From Gammaproteobacteria bacterium (GTDB lineage Bacteria; Pseudomonadota; Gammaproteobacteria; Steroidobacterales; Rariloculaceae), in the NCBI GenBank assembly GCA_022825505.1, contig JAJDWR010000030.1, forward strand, positions 39,169 through 103,168: a stretch of 64,000 nt of DNA, written 5' to 3'. This document shows, one piece after another, positions 27,096-37,042 of the stretch (its first letter is position 1; each line of letters opens with the position of its first letter). A program made the position numbers and the translations under genes. The notes below the pieces were generated by a model. It did no database searches, was not told the origin of the DNA, and saw nothing but the letters and a program-made list of their open reading frames with translations.

Positions 27096-27277
27096 AGGAT
27101 ACAGGGGCGCCTTAAACTGGTCAAAAACTTGTCATTGTTCCTTCAAAACCATCGGTGCGTTCCATGGAGGAAAGCGGCGAAACGCATAAGCGCCGATTAT
27201 GGTGGAAGGCGGAGATTGCATTAGTTTCGCGCGGGACACGCAGTTATGATCGGATTGCGGTGTTTCAGGGAGATCAT

Positions 27278-28972
27278 GTGAACTCAGCAGCAGTACCTTC
27301 CCCGGACCCGGCGAGCATTCCGTCCGCGGCATCGGCGCCCGGCGGGATACCGGTTCGAATGACCGCCGGCGAGGCGGTTGCCAGGTCGTTGCTCGCGCAC
27401 GGCGTGGACACCCTGTTCGGTATCCCCGGCGTGCACATGTACGGTTTCAACGATGCGGTGGCACGGGAGCCGATCGACTTCATCACCACCCGCCACGAGC
27501 AGGGCGCAGGCTACATGGCGTTCGGCTACGCCAAGTCCAGCGGCAGGACCGGCGTCTACACTGTTGTGCCCGGTCCCGGCATGCTCAACTCGTCTGCCGC
27601 GCTCTGCACCGCCTACGGGGCCAATACGCCGGTGCTCTGCGTCACCGGGAACATCATGTCCCACCTGATCGGGCAGGGGAGAGGGCAATTGCACGAATTG
27701 CCCGACCAACTGGCCACGATGCGTGGCTTCACGGGTTGGGCCGAGCGAATCGACCACCCGAGCCAGGCGCCGGGCGTGGTGGCCGAGGCGTTTCGCCAGA
27801 TGCACACGGGCCGTATCCGCCCCGCGGCCATCGAGGCGCCGTGGGATGTGTTCGAGACTTCCGCCGATGTTGTGCTGGATGTCGACCGCGAAGTACCGCC
27901 GCCGCCGCCGCCGGATCAGGACCAGATTGCAAAGGCGGCAAAGTTGATCCGTAAAGCCGGCAACCCGCTGATCGTTGTCGGCGCCGGCGCGTATCATGCA
28001 GGCGAGGAGATCGAAGCGCTGGCGAAACTGCTCCAGGCGCCGGTGACGGCCCATCGCAGCGGCAAGGGTATCGTCAGCAACCGAAGCCCCTACGGGCTAT
28101 TGTCCACGGCTGCGTTCGAGTATTGGCCCAGGTGCGATCTACTCATTGGCATCGGAAGCCGCCTGGAACTGGCGCATATGCGCTGGAATTGGTTGCCCGA
28201 AGGCCTCCGGACCGTGCGCGTGGATATCGATCCGACGGAGTTTGTTCGCCTGCCGCCCGATGTGGGCGTGGTCGCCGATTCAAGGGAGGGTACCCGGGCG
28301 CTGCTGGATGTGCTGGAGAAGACGATCGGCAAGCGCGATGATCGCACCGAAGAGTTCGCCGGTTACAAGGCCTCCGCCGAAGCCTCGCTCGAAACCCTGC
28401 AGCCGCAGGTTCAGTACCTGAAGGCGATTCGCAGGGCGCTGCCGGATGACGGTTTCTTCGTGGAAGAGATCACCCAGACCGGGTTCGCGGCCCGGGTGGC
28501 CTTTCCCGTCTACGGACCGCGGCAATACGTGACCTGCGGCTACCAGGACAATCTGGGTTACGGTTTTCACACCGCCCTGGGCGTCAAGGTGGCCAATCCC
28601 GACAAGGGCGTCGTCGCCGCCTGCGGTGACGGCGGCTTCATGTTCGGCGTCCAGGAACTGGCGACGGCGGTTCAGTTCAATATCAACCTCGTTACCGTGA
28701 TCTTCGACAACGGCGGTTTCGAAAACGTGCGCCGCGATCAATCGCAGCGGTTCGGGGGCCGCGATTTCGGGGCGGACCTGGTCAATCCGGACTTCGTGAA
28801 GATGGCGGAGAGTTTCGGCGCCAAGGGCGTCAAGGTCAGCGGGCCGGACGCGCTGACGCGGGCGATCGAGGAGGGTTTCCGGGAACAGGGGCCGGTGATC
28901 ATCGTGGTGCCCGTCGATGCCCGGACCGAGTCGTCACCCTGGCCGTTCGTCCATCCGGCGCCCCCGGCCTGA
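27278..28972 (+). CDS. thiamine-diphosphate-dependent enzyme (acetolactate synthase/benzoylformate decarboxylase-like)
   Basis: N-terminal Pyr domain (GEAVARSLLAHGVDTLFGIPGVH). C-terminal ThDP motif GDGGFMF...N. GTG at 27278 has AGGGAG upstream. The ATG at 27359 is an alternative start. Confidence 0.88.
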   Translation: MNSAAVPSPDPASIPSAASAPGGIPVRMTAGEAVARSLLAHGVDTLFGIPGVHMYGFNDAVAREPIDFITTRHEQGAGYMAFGYAKSSGRTGVYTVVPGPGMLNSSAALCTAYGANTPVLCVTGNIMSHLIGQGRGQLHELPDQLATMRGFTGWAERIDHPSQAPGVVAEAFRQMHTGRIRPAAIEAPWDVFETSADVVLDVDREVPPPPPPDQDQIAKAAKLIRKAGNPLIVVGAGAYHAGEEIEALAKLLQAPVTAHRSGKGIVSNRSPYGLLSTAAFEYWPRCDLLIGIGSRLELAHMRWNWLPEGLRTVRVDIDPTEFVRLPPDVGVVADSREGTRALLDVLEKTIGKRDDRTEEFAGYKASAEASLETLQPQVQYLKAIRRALPDDGFFVEEITQTGFAARVAFPVYGPRQYVTCGYQDNLGYGFHTALGVKVANPDKGVVAACGDGGFMFGVQELATAVQFNINLVTVIFDNGGFENVRRDQSQRFGGRDFGADLVNPDFVKMAESFGAKGVKVSGPDALTRAIEEGFREQGPVIIVVPVDARTESSPWPFVHPAPPA

Positions 28973-29159
28973 CGGCGGGCCGGTCTTGCTGCGGGTCTCG
29001 TCGAGACCTCTCCCGGTCGGGCGAGTTGGCATTTCGGTGTCGAATCGTCCAGTCGGTGTCGAATCGACGAGCAACTGATCGCGATTCGCCAGGCCAATGC
29101 CAGGTCAGAGCGAGGTCAATGCGAGGCCGGTACGAGCTCAGCACGTAGTCTGCGCGAGA

Positions 29160-29804
29160 TCAGAGCGTGACGCGCTCATCGACGTAGAGTTTCCAGTCAC
29201 TCTTCTGTTTCGGTTTGGTGCGCAGCCAGACCGCGGTGTCCGGACGTCCCTCGAACTCCAGCGGCAACAGCATCCCACGCAGGAAATGCACATCCTGCGC
29301 GGTTGCCGGCGTGGAAATCACCGCTTCGGGTCCCGTTTCCCACCACGGGTCCCCCGGGTAGGCGCCTCCGCCGCTCTCCGATGTCTGTTCAATGATGAAA
29401 GGACCGGACAACAGCGCGCGGATACCGGGGCCCGGATGCGTGTGACAGTCTGCCGCGTCCGGGGAAGGGTGGTTGATCCGGTCCAGGCGAAAGATCCATT
29501 CGCTTCCGGCCGGGATATCCAGCGACCAGATATGCCGGGACATTCGCATCATGGTCTCGATGTTGGCCGGCGCCGGTGCAGGACCGTCCGTCAATTCCCA
29601 TCGGAAAATTCGCGCACCTTCCGGACCGGCCATGACGGTCACCGCGTCGTCAAAGTACGCGGCCTCATCCGTGGGGATTGCCTGCCCATTGACGTCGGCC
29701 GTGCCCTGGTGCGTATAGAGAATCCTGTGTCCGCCGAGCCGTGGCAGCGACAGGCCGGCGTTCGGACCGATCACGTCGTTGAGGTAGTTGAGGTAGTAGG
29801 ACAT
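29160..29804 (-). CDS. cupin-like hypothetical protein
   Basis: 214 aa from the ATG at 29802-29804 (AGGGAGA upstream). DCHTHPGPGIRALLSG resembles cupin motif 1. The functional call is weak. Confidence 0.6.
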   Translation of the reverse strand: MSYYLNYLNDVIGPNAGLSLPRLGGHRILYTHQGTADVNGQAIPTDEAAYFDDAVTVMAGPEGARIFRWELTDGPAPAPANIETMMRMSRHIWSLDIPAGSEWIFRLDRINHPSPDAADCHTHPGPGIRALLSGPFIIEQTSESGGGAYPGDPWWETGPEAVISTPATAQDVHFLRGMLLPLEFEGRPDTAVWLRTKPKQKSDWKLYVDERVTL

Positions 29805-29829
29805 GACGAAAATTCTCCCTGCCGAAACC

Positions 29830-29869
29830 CATTGGCCGTTATAGACAATTGCGGTGCAAACGGCCAATG
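29830..29869. promoter_or_regulatory. perfect 11-bp inverted repeat with 18-nt spacer in the leader/promoter of the cupin-like gene
   Basis: CATTGGCCGTT (29830-29840) and AACGGCCAATG (29859-29869), located 26-65 nt upstream of the start codon at 29804. Confidence 0.5.
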
Positions 29870-30106
29870 CGAAAGTAACCGAATCGCATAAACAATGGTA
29901 ATGCGAGAGGGCTCCTGACCGCCGAAAGCTGCATGGGTCCGTTGTCCGTGCCGGGTACCATAATGGAATTTTATGGCCTGCCGCAGATAATGCATTTTCG
30001 GAACGGGAATAAACGCGTCAATATTTGATTCGGATCAGTCCCGATCGTCAGGATGGAACGTATGCTGGTTCTGATCGGGTACCCTGCGCAACGGGAGGGG
30101 GCGAAC

Positions 30107-31867
30107 ATGTTTTTCAGAAGAATGGCTCCGTCGGTTTCAGTATTGTTCCTTGCGTTGGCCGGTTGCACGGGCGAACGGGAACCAGCGGTTACGGACGATG
30201 CCGCCGAATCCCCGGTTTCTCAGGACGCGGGGGCGGTTGCCGGGTCTTCCGGCGAAGCCGGATCGACCGCCGGCCAGGCCCCCAACGTGTTGTTGATCGT
30301 GATGGACGATGTGGGCTACACGGATCTCGGCGCTTACGGCAGCGAGATCGCCACGCCCAATATCGACGCCCTGGCCGAGGAAGGCGTACTGCTGACGAGT
30401 TTCTACGGCACGCCGCTGTGTACGCCGACGCGCGCGATGCTTCTCACCGGCGTCAACAATCACCGCGCCGGTGTGGGCGTCATGTCCCATGAGCAGGTGC
30501 CCAACCTTCAGGGCCTGCCGGGATACGAGGGCTATCTCAACCAGCGCGTGGCGACGGTCTCGGAAATTCTGCTCGACGCGGGTTACCACACCTACATGAC
30601 CGGCAAATGGGACCTCGGGTTCGCCGAAGACCAGAGCCCTGCGGCGCGGGGCTTCGAGAAGTCCTTCGCGCTGTTGCCCGGAGGGGCAGGGCACTTCACC
30701 ATGCTGGGGACCTTCGGCCCGGGCAATGTGCCTTACCGTGAAGACGGCCAGATGGTCGAAGCCCTGCCCGAGGACTTCTACTCCACCGCCTTCTACGCCG
30801 ACCGGATGATCGAGTACATCGACTCGAATCTGGGTGACGGGCGCCCGTTCTTCGGTTACCTGGCCTTCTCGGCGACCCACTGGCCCGTACAGGCGCCCCG
30901 GGAATCGGTGGACAAGTACAACGGCGTTTACGACCAGGGCTACGATGCGGTACATGCCGGGCGGATGGCCGGGCTCCGGGAACGCGGCCTCATTTCCGCC
31001 GACACCGAAGGCGCCCCGCATGTGCCCGGTACGGTGCCCTGGGACGAACTGACCGAAGAAGAACAGCGCTACGAGGCGCGGATGATGCAGATCTACGCGG
31101 CCATGGTCGACGATATCGACCAGTACGTCGGCAAGCTGCTCGACTACCTGCGGTCCGCCGGTGTCTACGACGACACCCTCGTCATGCTGATCTCCGACAA
31201 CGGCGCGGAAGGACACGATGTCGGCGGCATCCTGCTCGATGCCGGTGCCTGGAGCCGCGAATGCTGCGACAACAGCTACGAGAACATCGGCAACGCGGAT
31301 TCCTACGTGTGGATGCGGCAGGAATGGGCCCGCGCCAGCAACGCGCCGTTCAACTGGTACAAGGGTTTCGGCTACGAGGGCGGAATCCGGGTCCCCGCGG
31401 TATTCCGTTATCCGGACTTCCCGGCGGGCGCGGTCGACGGGAGCTTTTCCACGGTCATGGATATCGTGCCGACCATTCTGGATGTCACCGCTGTCGAGCA
31501 CCCGGGGACGTCATTTCAGGGTCGCGAGGTCTATCCTGTGGAGGGCGTATCCATGATGCCGGCGCTCAGCGGCGAGGCAGATGCGGTTCACCCGGACGAC
31601 TACGTGATGGTGTGGCAGATCAACTGGCGCAAGGCCGTTCGCCAGGGCGACTGGAAGATCGTGAGCCAGGCCGACGAACTGTTCGTCCGCCACGATCCGC
31701 GGACCGACCCCTATAGCTGGAGGCTCTACAACCTGGCGGAGGACCCGGCGGAACAGAACGATCTTTCCGAGGAGTATCCGGATGTCTTCGCGGAGATGCT
31801 CGGGCACTGGGATGCCTACGTCGAAGAGAACGACATCGTGGTACCCAGTTCCCTTTCGGGATTCTGA
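30107..31867 (+). CDS. arylsulfatase (Cys-type, formylglycine-dependent), lipoprotein
   Basis: Lipobox FLALAGC. Sulfatase signature VMDDVGYTDLG...PLCTPTRAMLLTG (CxPxR). Confidence 0.92.
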   Translation: MFFRRMAPSVSVLFLALAGCTGEREPAVTDDAAESPVSQDAGAVAGSSGEAGSTAGQAPNVLLIVMDDVGYTDLGAYGSEIATPNIDALAEEGVLLTSFYGTPLCTPTRAMLLTGVNNHRAGVGVMSHEQVPNLQGLPGYEGYLNQRVATVSEILLDAGYHTYMTGKWDLGFAEDQSPAARGFEKSFALLPGGAGHFTMLGTFGPGNVPYREDGQMVEALPEDFYSTAFYADRMIEYIDSNLGDGRPFFGYLAFSATHWPVQAPRESVDKYNGVYDQGYDAVHAGRMAGLRERGLISADTEGAPHVPGTVPWDELTEEEQRYEARMMQIYAAMVDDIDQYVGKLLDYLRSAGVYDDTLVMLISDNGAEGHDVGGILLDAGAWSRECCDNSYENIGNADSYVWMRQEWARASNAPFNWYKGFGYEGGIRVPAVFRYPDFPAGAVDGSFSTVMDIVPTILDVTAVEHPGTSFQGREVYPVEGVSMMPALSGEADAVHPDDYVMVWQINWRKAVRQGDWKIVSQADELFVRHDPRTDPYSWRLYNLAEDPAEQNDLSEEYPDVFAEMLGHWDAYVEENDIVVPSSLSGF

Positions 31868-32020
31868 CCCGGCGATCCGGACGGCAAGACACGAAAAACG
31901 ACGAAAGCGCAAGTTAACACGCCATAAAACACGCAAGCGCGCGAAAACAGACGCACAAACACTCACGCGTACAGCAACGCACGAACGAGCACGCAATCGC
32001 AATTCGACAAACGGAAAACA
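31868..32020 (+). other. T-depleted A/C-rich spacer with ~10-nt periodicity between the sulfatase and permease genes
   Basis: 9 T in 153 nt by manual count. From 31881 the sequence reads as about 14 degenerate decamers, most starting ACG (acgaaaaacg, acgaaagcgc, acgcaagcgc, acgcacaaac, acgaacgagc, acgcaatcgc, acggaaaaca). Confidence 0.7.
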
Positions 32021-33523
32021 ATGAACGAAGCAACATCGGCATCGCCGAACAAAATCCAGCAAACTTACTTCTTCTCGGTGATCGGCATCGCCATCATGCT
32101 GCTCTTCCCTCTCCTGCCGGCGCCCGAGCCCATCACCCCGGCCGGGATGACGGTCATCGGATTGTTCATCGGGCTGGTATTTCTCTGGTCGCTGGTCGAC
32201 CTGCTCTGGCCGACCTTCATCGCCATTGTGCTGTTTGGCACGGTAGCGCAGGATGTGTTTCCCGACTCATTTCAGAACCGGGGCATCTACGAGGCGGGCA
32301 TGCAGTCCTTCGGCAACTGGATCGTGCTCTTCGTGCTGGGGTGCCTGATACTGACGGTGGCCCTGCACAAGGTCGGGACGATCCGGCGCATCGCCTTCTG
32401 GTTCATGACCCGGGAGTTCGCCAAGCGGGGGCTTTGGGCGTTCACGTTCATGTTCCTCCTGGCGACGCTGGTCGTCGGCTGCTTCGTCGACGTGACACCG
32501 GTGCAAATCTTCATGCTGGGTATCGCCTACGAAATCTTCGAGGACCTGGGCTACGACAAGAGCGATCACTGGCCCCGGATCGTCGTCGTCGGCGTCACCT
32601 TCAGCGCGATCATCTCCTTCGTCATGACGCCCATTTCGCACCCTCTGCCGATCCTGTTCCTCGGGATCATGCAGGACATCTCCGGCGTGCCGGTCAACCT
32701 GCTGCTCTACATGCTGGTGGGGGTGCCGGTGGGCCTGGTGATTTTCCTGCTGATGTTCGCCTGGTTCCGCTATTTCGTGAAGCTCGATCCGCAGCAGTTC
32801 GAAAAGTTCGACCTGGCGGCGATCGAAGCCAAGCGCCCCGGCCCCATGGACAGCCGCGAGCGGGCGACGAACATCATCTGCCTGATCGTGCTGGCGGCAT
32901 GGATCGTTCCCGGCTTCACGCTTCTGGTGGCGCCCGATTCGGGCATCAACGCGCTGATGCAGCAGATCGGCATTACCGCGCCGCTGTTCGTGGCCATCTC
33001 CGCATTGGCGTTGCTCTACGTGGATGAGCGTCCGCTGCTCAATCTGAAGGAGGCCTTTGCAGACCTTGAGTGGACACCTGTGGTTTTCCTGGCGTCCGTC
33101 ATCATGGTTGCCGGCTGCATGGGCGAGCGAACCACCGGCATCCCCGGCTTCATGGAGGTGAATTTCATACCGCTTCTGGAAGGCTTGAGTCCCTTTGCCG
33201 TGGTGGCCGGTATCGCCGTGCTTTGCTGCCTGATTACCAACATCGCCAATAACGTGGCCGTGGGCATCATCTTCATCGTCGCGGGCACGCCGCTGGCGCT
33301 GTCCATGGGCATGAACCCGATCCTGATCGGCATGGCGGTCTGCATCGGCGCGAATCTCGCCTACACGATTCCGCCGTCGTTCGTGCCGGTCGGTATCGCC
33401 TACGCCTCTCCATGGGGCGGCGGCGCCGTGACGTTCCGCAATGGGCTGGCCATGACCGCGATCAGTTGCATCGTCATGGCGGTGCTCCTGTATCCGCTCA
33501 GCCTGCTGGTTTTCGGACGGTAG
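32021..33523 (+). CDS. anion permease of the ArsB/NhaD-DASS (SLC13-like) superfamily
   Basis: 500 aa, highly hydrophobic with about 12-14 TM segments. Repeat architecture typical of DASS/CitT-like permeases. Adjacent to the sulfatase. Confidence 0.8.
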   Translation: MNEATSASPNKIQQTYFFSVIGIAIMLLFPLLPAPEPITPAGMTVIGLFIGLVFLWSLVDLLWPTFIAIVLFGTVAQDVFPDSFQNRGIYEAGMQSFGNWIVLFVLGCLILTVALHKVGTIRRIAFWFMTREFAKRGLWAFTFMFLLATLVVGCFVDVTPVQIFMLGIAYEIFEDLGYDKSDHWPRIVVVGVTFSAIISFVMTPISHPLPILFLGIMQDISGVPVNLLLYMLVGVPVGLVIFLLMFAWFRYFVKLDPQQFEKFDLAAIEAKRPGPMDSRERATNIICLIVLAAWIVPGFTLLVAPDSGINALMQQIGITAPLFVAISALALLYVDERPLLNLKEAFADLEWTPVVFLASVIMVAGCMGERTTGIPGFMEVNFIPLLEGLSPFAVVAGIAVLCCLITNIANNVAVGIIFIVAGTPLALSMGMNPILIGMAVCIGANLAYTIPPSFVPVGIAYASPWGGGAVTFRNGLAMTAISCIVMAVLLYPLSLLVFGR

Positions 33524-33575
33524 CGGCGTGCAGGGCGGCCCGATTGCGCGCAGCGGCCAGGAAGGGGGCTGCCTG

Positions 33576-34634
33576 GTGACGACGCGCCAACGCCGGTCGG
33601 TGCGGGGCTGCTGGGCGTCCCTGGCGCTGTTGTGCTGGTGTTCGGTGGCTGCGCCGCAGGACAGCACACTGGATGGCACGCTGGTCGTCGCAAACCGCAC
33701 CGGCGGCAGCATCTCCTTCATCGATCTGCCGACCGGCGTCGAGATCGCCCGGGTCCCCATCGGCCCGATCATCCCGCACGAGGTCGATGTTTCGCCCGAC
33801 GGCGCCAAGGCGCTGACCGGGGAATACGGTCCCGAGGACGACCACGGCAGTCATCTGGTCCTGATCGATGTCGCAACCGCCAGTATCGACGGCCGCATCG
33901 ACCTGGGTCCGGAATCCCGTCCGCACACGCCGTTGTTCCTGCCCGACGGGCGGCACGCAGTGGCCACCATGCAGGAATCGGATCGGCTTGCGCTGGTGGA
34001 TCTCGAAGCGCGCGCCGTGGTACGGACGTACCCAACCGGCGGTCGCGACGGCCACATGGTGAGGCTCAGTCCCGACGGTACGCGCGCCTATGTCACGAGC
34101 CGGGGCGCCGAGGGCACCTTGTCGGTGATTTTCCTTGACGAGGACCGAGCACCCGTGGTGATCCCGACAGGTCTCGGGGCAGAAGGGCTGGACGTCAGCG
34201 CCGACGGCAGCGAAATCTGGGTTGCGAACCGGCGCGAGGAAACCATTTCCGTGATCGACGCGGCGTCCCTGGAGGTTGTCGCCACACTGGAGTCAAGGCC
34301 GTTCTCGGGGCGGATCGAAATGGGGCCCGACGGCTATGCCATCGTACCCAACGGGGGTGGACGCGCGGCACCGGTCCCAAGGCACGTTCGCCTGTGGGAC
34401 GTGAATACCCGAACGCTGGTCACCGAGGTACCGCTGCCCGGCGAGCCCTTTGAGGGCAATTTCGGCGCCCTCATCCACGGCGGCCTGGCGTTCGTCGCCG
34501 ACCCCGGTGAAGGCCTGATCAACGTCTTCGATCTGGACGGTCTCGGCTCTCGCCGCGTGCTGATCGACAACCACGATGCACCCGACGGCATGGCGTGGAC
34601 GCCTGTCCGCGTCCGTGTGATGAACAGCGATTAG
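33576..34634 (+). CDS. exported YVTN/YncE-like beta-propeller protein
   Basis: Repeated xxVxVIDxxT-type blades (SISFIDLPTG, LVLIDVATAS, LALVDLEARA, ISVIDAASLE, INVFDLDG). GTG at 33576 has GGAAGGGGG upstream. GTG at 33528 is an alternative and would give an RR-containing n-region. Confidence 0.75.
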   Translation: MTTRQRRSVRGCWASLALLCWCSVAAPQDSTLDGTLVVANRTGGSISFIDLPTGVEIARVPIGPIIPHEVDVSPDGAKALTGEYGPEDDHGSHLVLIDVATASIDGRIDLGPESRPHTPLFLPDGRHAVATMQESDRLALVDLEARAVVRTYPTGGRDGHMVRLSPDGTRAYVTSRGAEGTLSVIFLDEDRAPVVIPTGLGAEGLDVSADGSEIWVANRREETISVIDAASLEVVATLESRPFSGRIEMGPDGYAIVPNGGGRAAPVPRHVRLWDVNTRTLVTEVPLPGEPFEGNFGALIHGGLAFVADPGEGLINVFDLDGLGSRRVLIDNHDAPDGMAWTPVRVRVMNSD

Positions 34635-34682
34635 CTGGCTTGCGGTACACGCGATCGATTTGCTCGCGTGCTACATCGGGCG

Positions 34683-36893
34683 CTAAAACCGGAACGTTTG
34701 CGTGTACTTGACGGACAGTTGCGACTCGAGGGAGCGCAGTCCCGAGAATGCGCCGGTCGACTCGAAGCCGTGGTTCAGGACGATGAAGAGATCCTGACCG
34801 GCTCTGGGCGTCCAGCGCAGGCGGCTGTTGATGCCGACGGATTCGGACTCGTTGTCGTACTGGATCAGGTTCAGCCAGGACCAGCGCACGTCGAAGGCGA
34901 CGTCGGCCCTGATGGCAATGAGCTGCGCCGCGAATGCTCCGCCGGGAAGCTCGATGTCATTGTACTCGTACTCGATGCCCCCGACGAAACGGCTGTTAGG
35001 GCGGCATTGCAGGCCGGCGCCGATTTCGGTGCGATCGCCACCCAGAAAGCTGCCCTTGCCGTACTCGAATGACGGGGCGCAGATTCTGTCATTCGCACCG
35101 GATACTTCGAACGAGTACTGATCGTATTCATAATCCCCCGGCGGGACGATGACGCCATCGAAAATCTCGAATTCCTCCAGCAGAACCTCGCGCTCCCGCT
35201 GCATCGCGAATCCACCCTGGTCACCGGAGTTGGTCTCCAGTTCGACCAGTTCGATGTACCAGCTTTCGCTCTCGACGCCTCCGGCGATTCTTTCGAAGCG
35301 CTCGTAATTCACGCCGTGCTGGAGTTCCCGGATCCATCGGTGCGTCGGCCGTGACGTGTACCCGGCGCTCACCTCCGAGCGCTCGATACCCCTGCGGTTC
35401 ACGAATCCCAGGGCAGGATTGAAGTCATCGTGAAACTTCTCGAATCCGAACTCGCCCCGGAGCCCGGTGTTGTTGGGTGAGGCCAGGCGGATACCCCAGG
35501 CAGTCTCATCGCCATCCACGTTTTCGGTATCCGACTGCTGGAACCACGCCTCCCCCTCAAGCGTGCGGCCCCCGGGGAGCCGCGTGTTGCGATACCGAAA
35601 ATCCGCACCCATCAGCGAGTTATCGTTATTTGACCGGGGGTCGCCGCCGGTGACGATCAGGCCGACGCTGGACTCCTGGAGCACGTTTGCCGAGACCCTC
35701 CCGACAAAGACATTGGAGCTGTCCGTATCCTGAAAATCATCCAGGGCGACTCCCAGAAAGCCCATGTTCCAGCGCCCGACACGGCCCGTGAGCTTCGTTC
35801 CCAGGTCGAGATCCACGGGCTGGCCTCTGCGGCTCAGACCGATGCGCCGGGAGAAGAACGGAATGCCGTTTCTGCGCAGGCCTCCGAACGAGAAAATATC
35901 CACGTCCTGAAGGAAGAAGTCCCGCTTCTCGGGAAAGAACAGATTGAATCGGGTGAGATTGATCTGGCGATCGTCGACTTCGGTGGCCGAAAAATCGGTG
36001 TTCAGCGTGAGGACGCCGGTGAGCGACGGCGTAAAGTTGTAGAAAACATCGAGGGACGGTTCAAAGCCCGAGTCGTTGACTTTTGTCTCGTAGTCCCGGG
36101 ACCCCGACGCCACGACCGCAGGCACGACATCGAGCCCGCGGCCCTGCTGCAACCCTGTCAGACCGGAAATCGTTCCCGTGGTGGCGGGACTGACCTCCCG
36201 GTTGTAGGACACCCAGGCGATGTCCTCCTGGTTACGCGTGATGCTGCGCTCGAGGGTGAAGCCCCAGTCCGGATTTTGCGGATCGAAATTCAAGGTCTTG
36301 AACGGAATCGCCATTTCCGTCGTCCAGCCCTCGGAATCCATGTTGGACGCCGCGTGCCAGATGCCCTCCCAGTCCCGGTTGATCCGGCTCGCCGTTTCGA
36401 ACACGGCTTCGGTACGGACACCGTTTGCATTGACCTGAAACTGGTACCCGGTTCGGCTATTGTTGAACGGGTCGAGAATGACATTCAGCGCGTCATCCCA
36501 ACGCAGGTCCTGCCCCTGAGCCAGGCTGCGGGCCCGGATCTCCTCCGGTTCCGTGTCCCACATCCGGCCCGCCACGTACAGGTTGTTGTCGTCGTAGACA
36601 AGGTACACCGTCGTCTTCTGGGTCGGCTCGACGTGATCCGCCGGCCGAAACTGGTGCATGTCCTCGATGAAGGGGGCGTCCTGCCAAACGGGATCGTCAA
36701 GCAGTCCGTCGATATTGGGCGGCGCAGACGTGCGAACGATTCGCACGATCTTGTCCGCTCCGAGCGGCGCGATCTGTTCCGGTCGTTCTTGCGGCACGGC
36801 GGGAACGGCAACCAGAAGCACGGTGGCGCCGATGGCAACCTGAATCAAATTACGAAGAATGGTCTGTCCTTGTTTGGCTATTCGGTCGGCCAC
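34683..36893 (-). CDS. outer-membrane protein, CBM9-like N-domain + DUF5916-like beta-barrel
   Basis: PPNIDGLLDDPVWQDAPFIEDMHQF...DDNNLYVAGRMWD is CBM9-like. A long beta-rich C-terminal region ends KYTQTFRF (terminal aromatic). Start uncertain: GTG at 36893 gives a signal peptide, and the ORF is open to 36995. Confidence 0.78.
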   Translation of the reverse strand: MADRIAKQGQTILRNLIQVAIGATVLLVAVPAVPQERPEQIAPLGADKIVRIVRTSAPPNIDGLLDDPVWQDAPFIEDMHQFRPADHVEPTQKTTVYLVYDDNNLYVAGRMWDTEPEEIRARSLAQGQDLRWDDALNVILDPFNNSRTGYQFQVNANGVRTEAVFETASRINRDWEGIWHAASNMDSEGWTTEMAIPFKTLNFDPQNPDWGFTLERSITRNQEDIAWVSYNREVSPATTGTISGLTGLQQGRGLDVVPAVVASGSRDYETKVNDSGFEPSLDVFYNFTPSLTGVLTLNTDFSATEVDDRQINLTRFNLFFPEKRDFFLQDVDIFSFGGLRRNGIPFFSRRIGLSRRGQPVDLDLGTKLTGRVGRWNMGFLGVALDDFQDTDSSNVFVGRVSANVLQESSVGLIVTGGDPRSNNDNSLMGADFRYRNTRLPGGRTLEGEAWFQQSDTENVDGDETAWGIRLASPNNTGLRGEFGFEKFHDDFNPALGFVNRRGIERSEVSAGYTSRPTHRWIRELQHGVNYERFERIAGGVESESWYIELVELETNSGDQGGFAMQREREVLLEEFEIFDGVIVPPGDYEYDQYSFEVSGANDRICAPSFEYGKGSFLGGDRTEIGAGLQCRPNSRFVGGIEYEYNDIELPGGAFAAQLIAIRADVAFDVRWSWLNLIQYDNESESVGINSRLRWTPRAGQDLFIVLNHGFESTGAFSGLRSLESQLSVKYTQTFRF

Positions 36894-37042
36894 TACATTA
36901 AAGCATTTGATACCGAAGTATGATTTTTTTGTGTTCAATTCGCTCAATTTGATGGCTATGATGCTTTCAGGCAACCAATACTGAACTCCGGGCATTTCTC
37001 AGGCGAATCTGCGCTAGAGCCTTGGGTTGGGGGTGAAACAAG

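Noticed and set aside
29034-29066. 14-bp direct repeat TCGGTGTCGAATCG x2 (period 19) and nearby small palindromes downstream of the ThDP enzyme gene
   Set aside because: It is real in the sequence but short. It lies in a convergent intergenic region, and no functional context can be argued.
29986-29999. Fur-box-like GATAATGCATTTTC upstream of the sulfatase gene
   Set aside because: It matches only about half of the 19-bp Fur consensus and lacks dyad symmetry. That is not enough to call it.
31782-32024. 80-aa highly basic ORF (…HEKRRKRKLTRHKTRKRAKT…)
   Set aside because: It is a by-product of the A/C-rich, T-poor spacer, has no start context, and overlaps the sulfatase 3' end.
32267-33808. 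513-aa ORF on the - strand
   Set aside because: Antisense to the hydrophobic permease gene. Its His/Arg/Asp/Glu-rich composition mirrors the permease codons.
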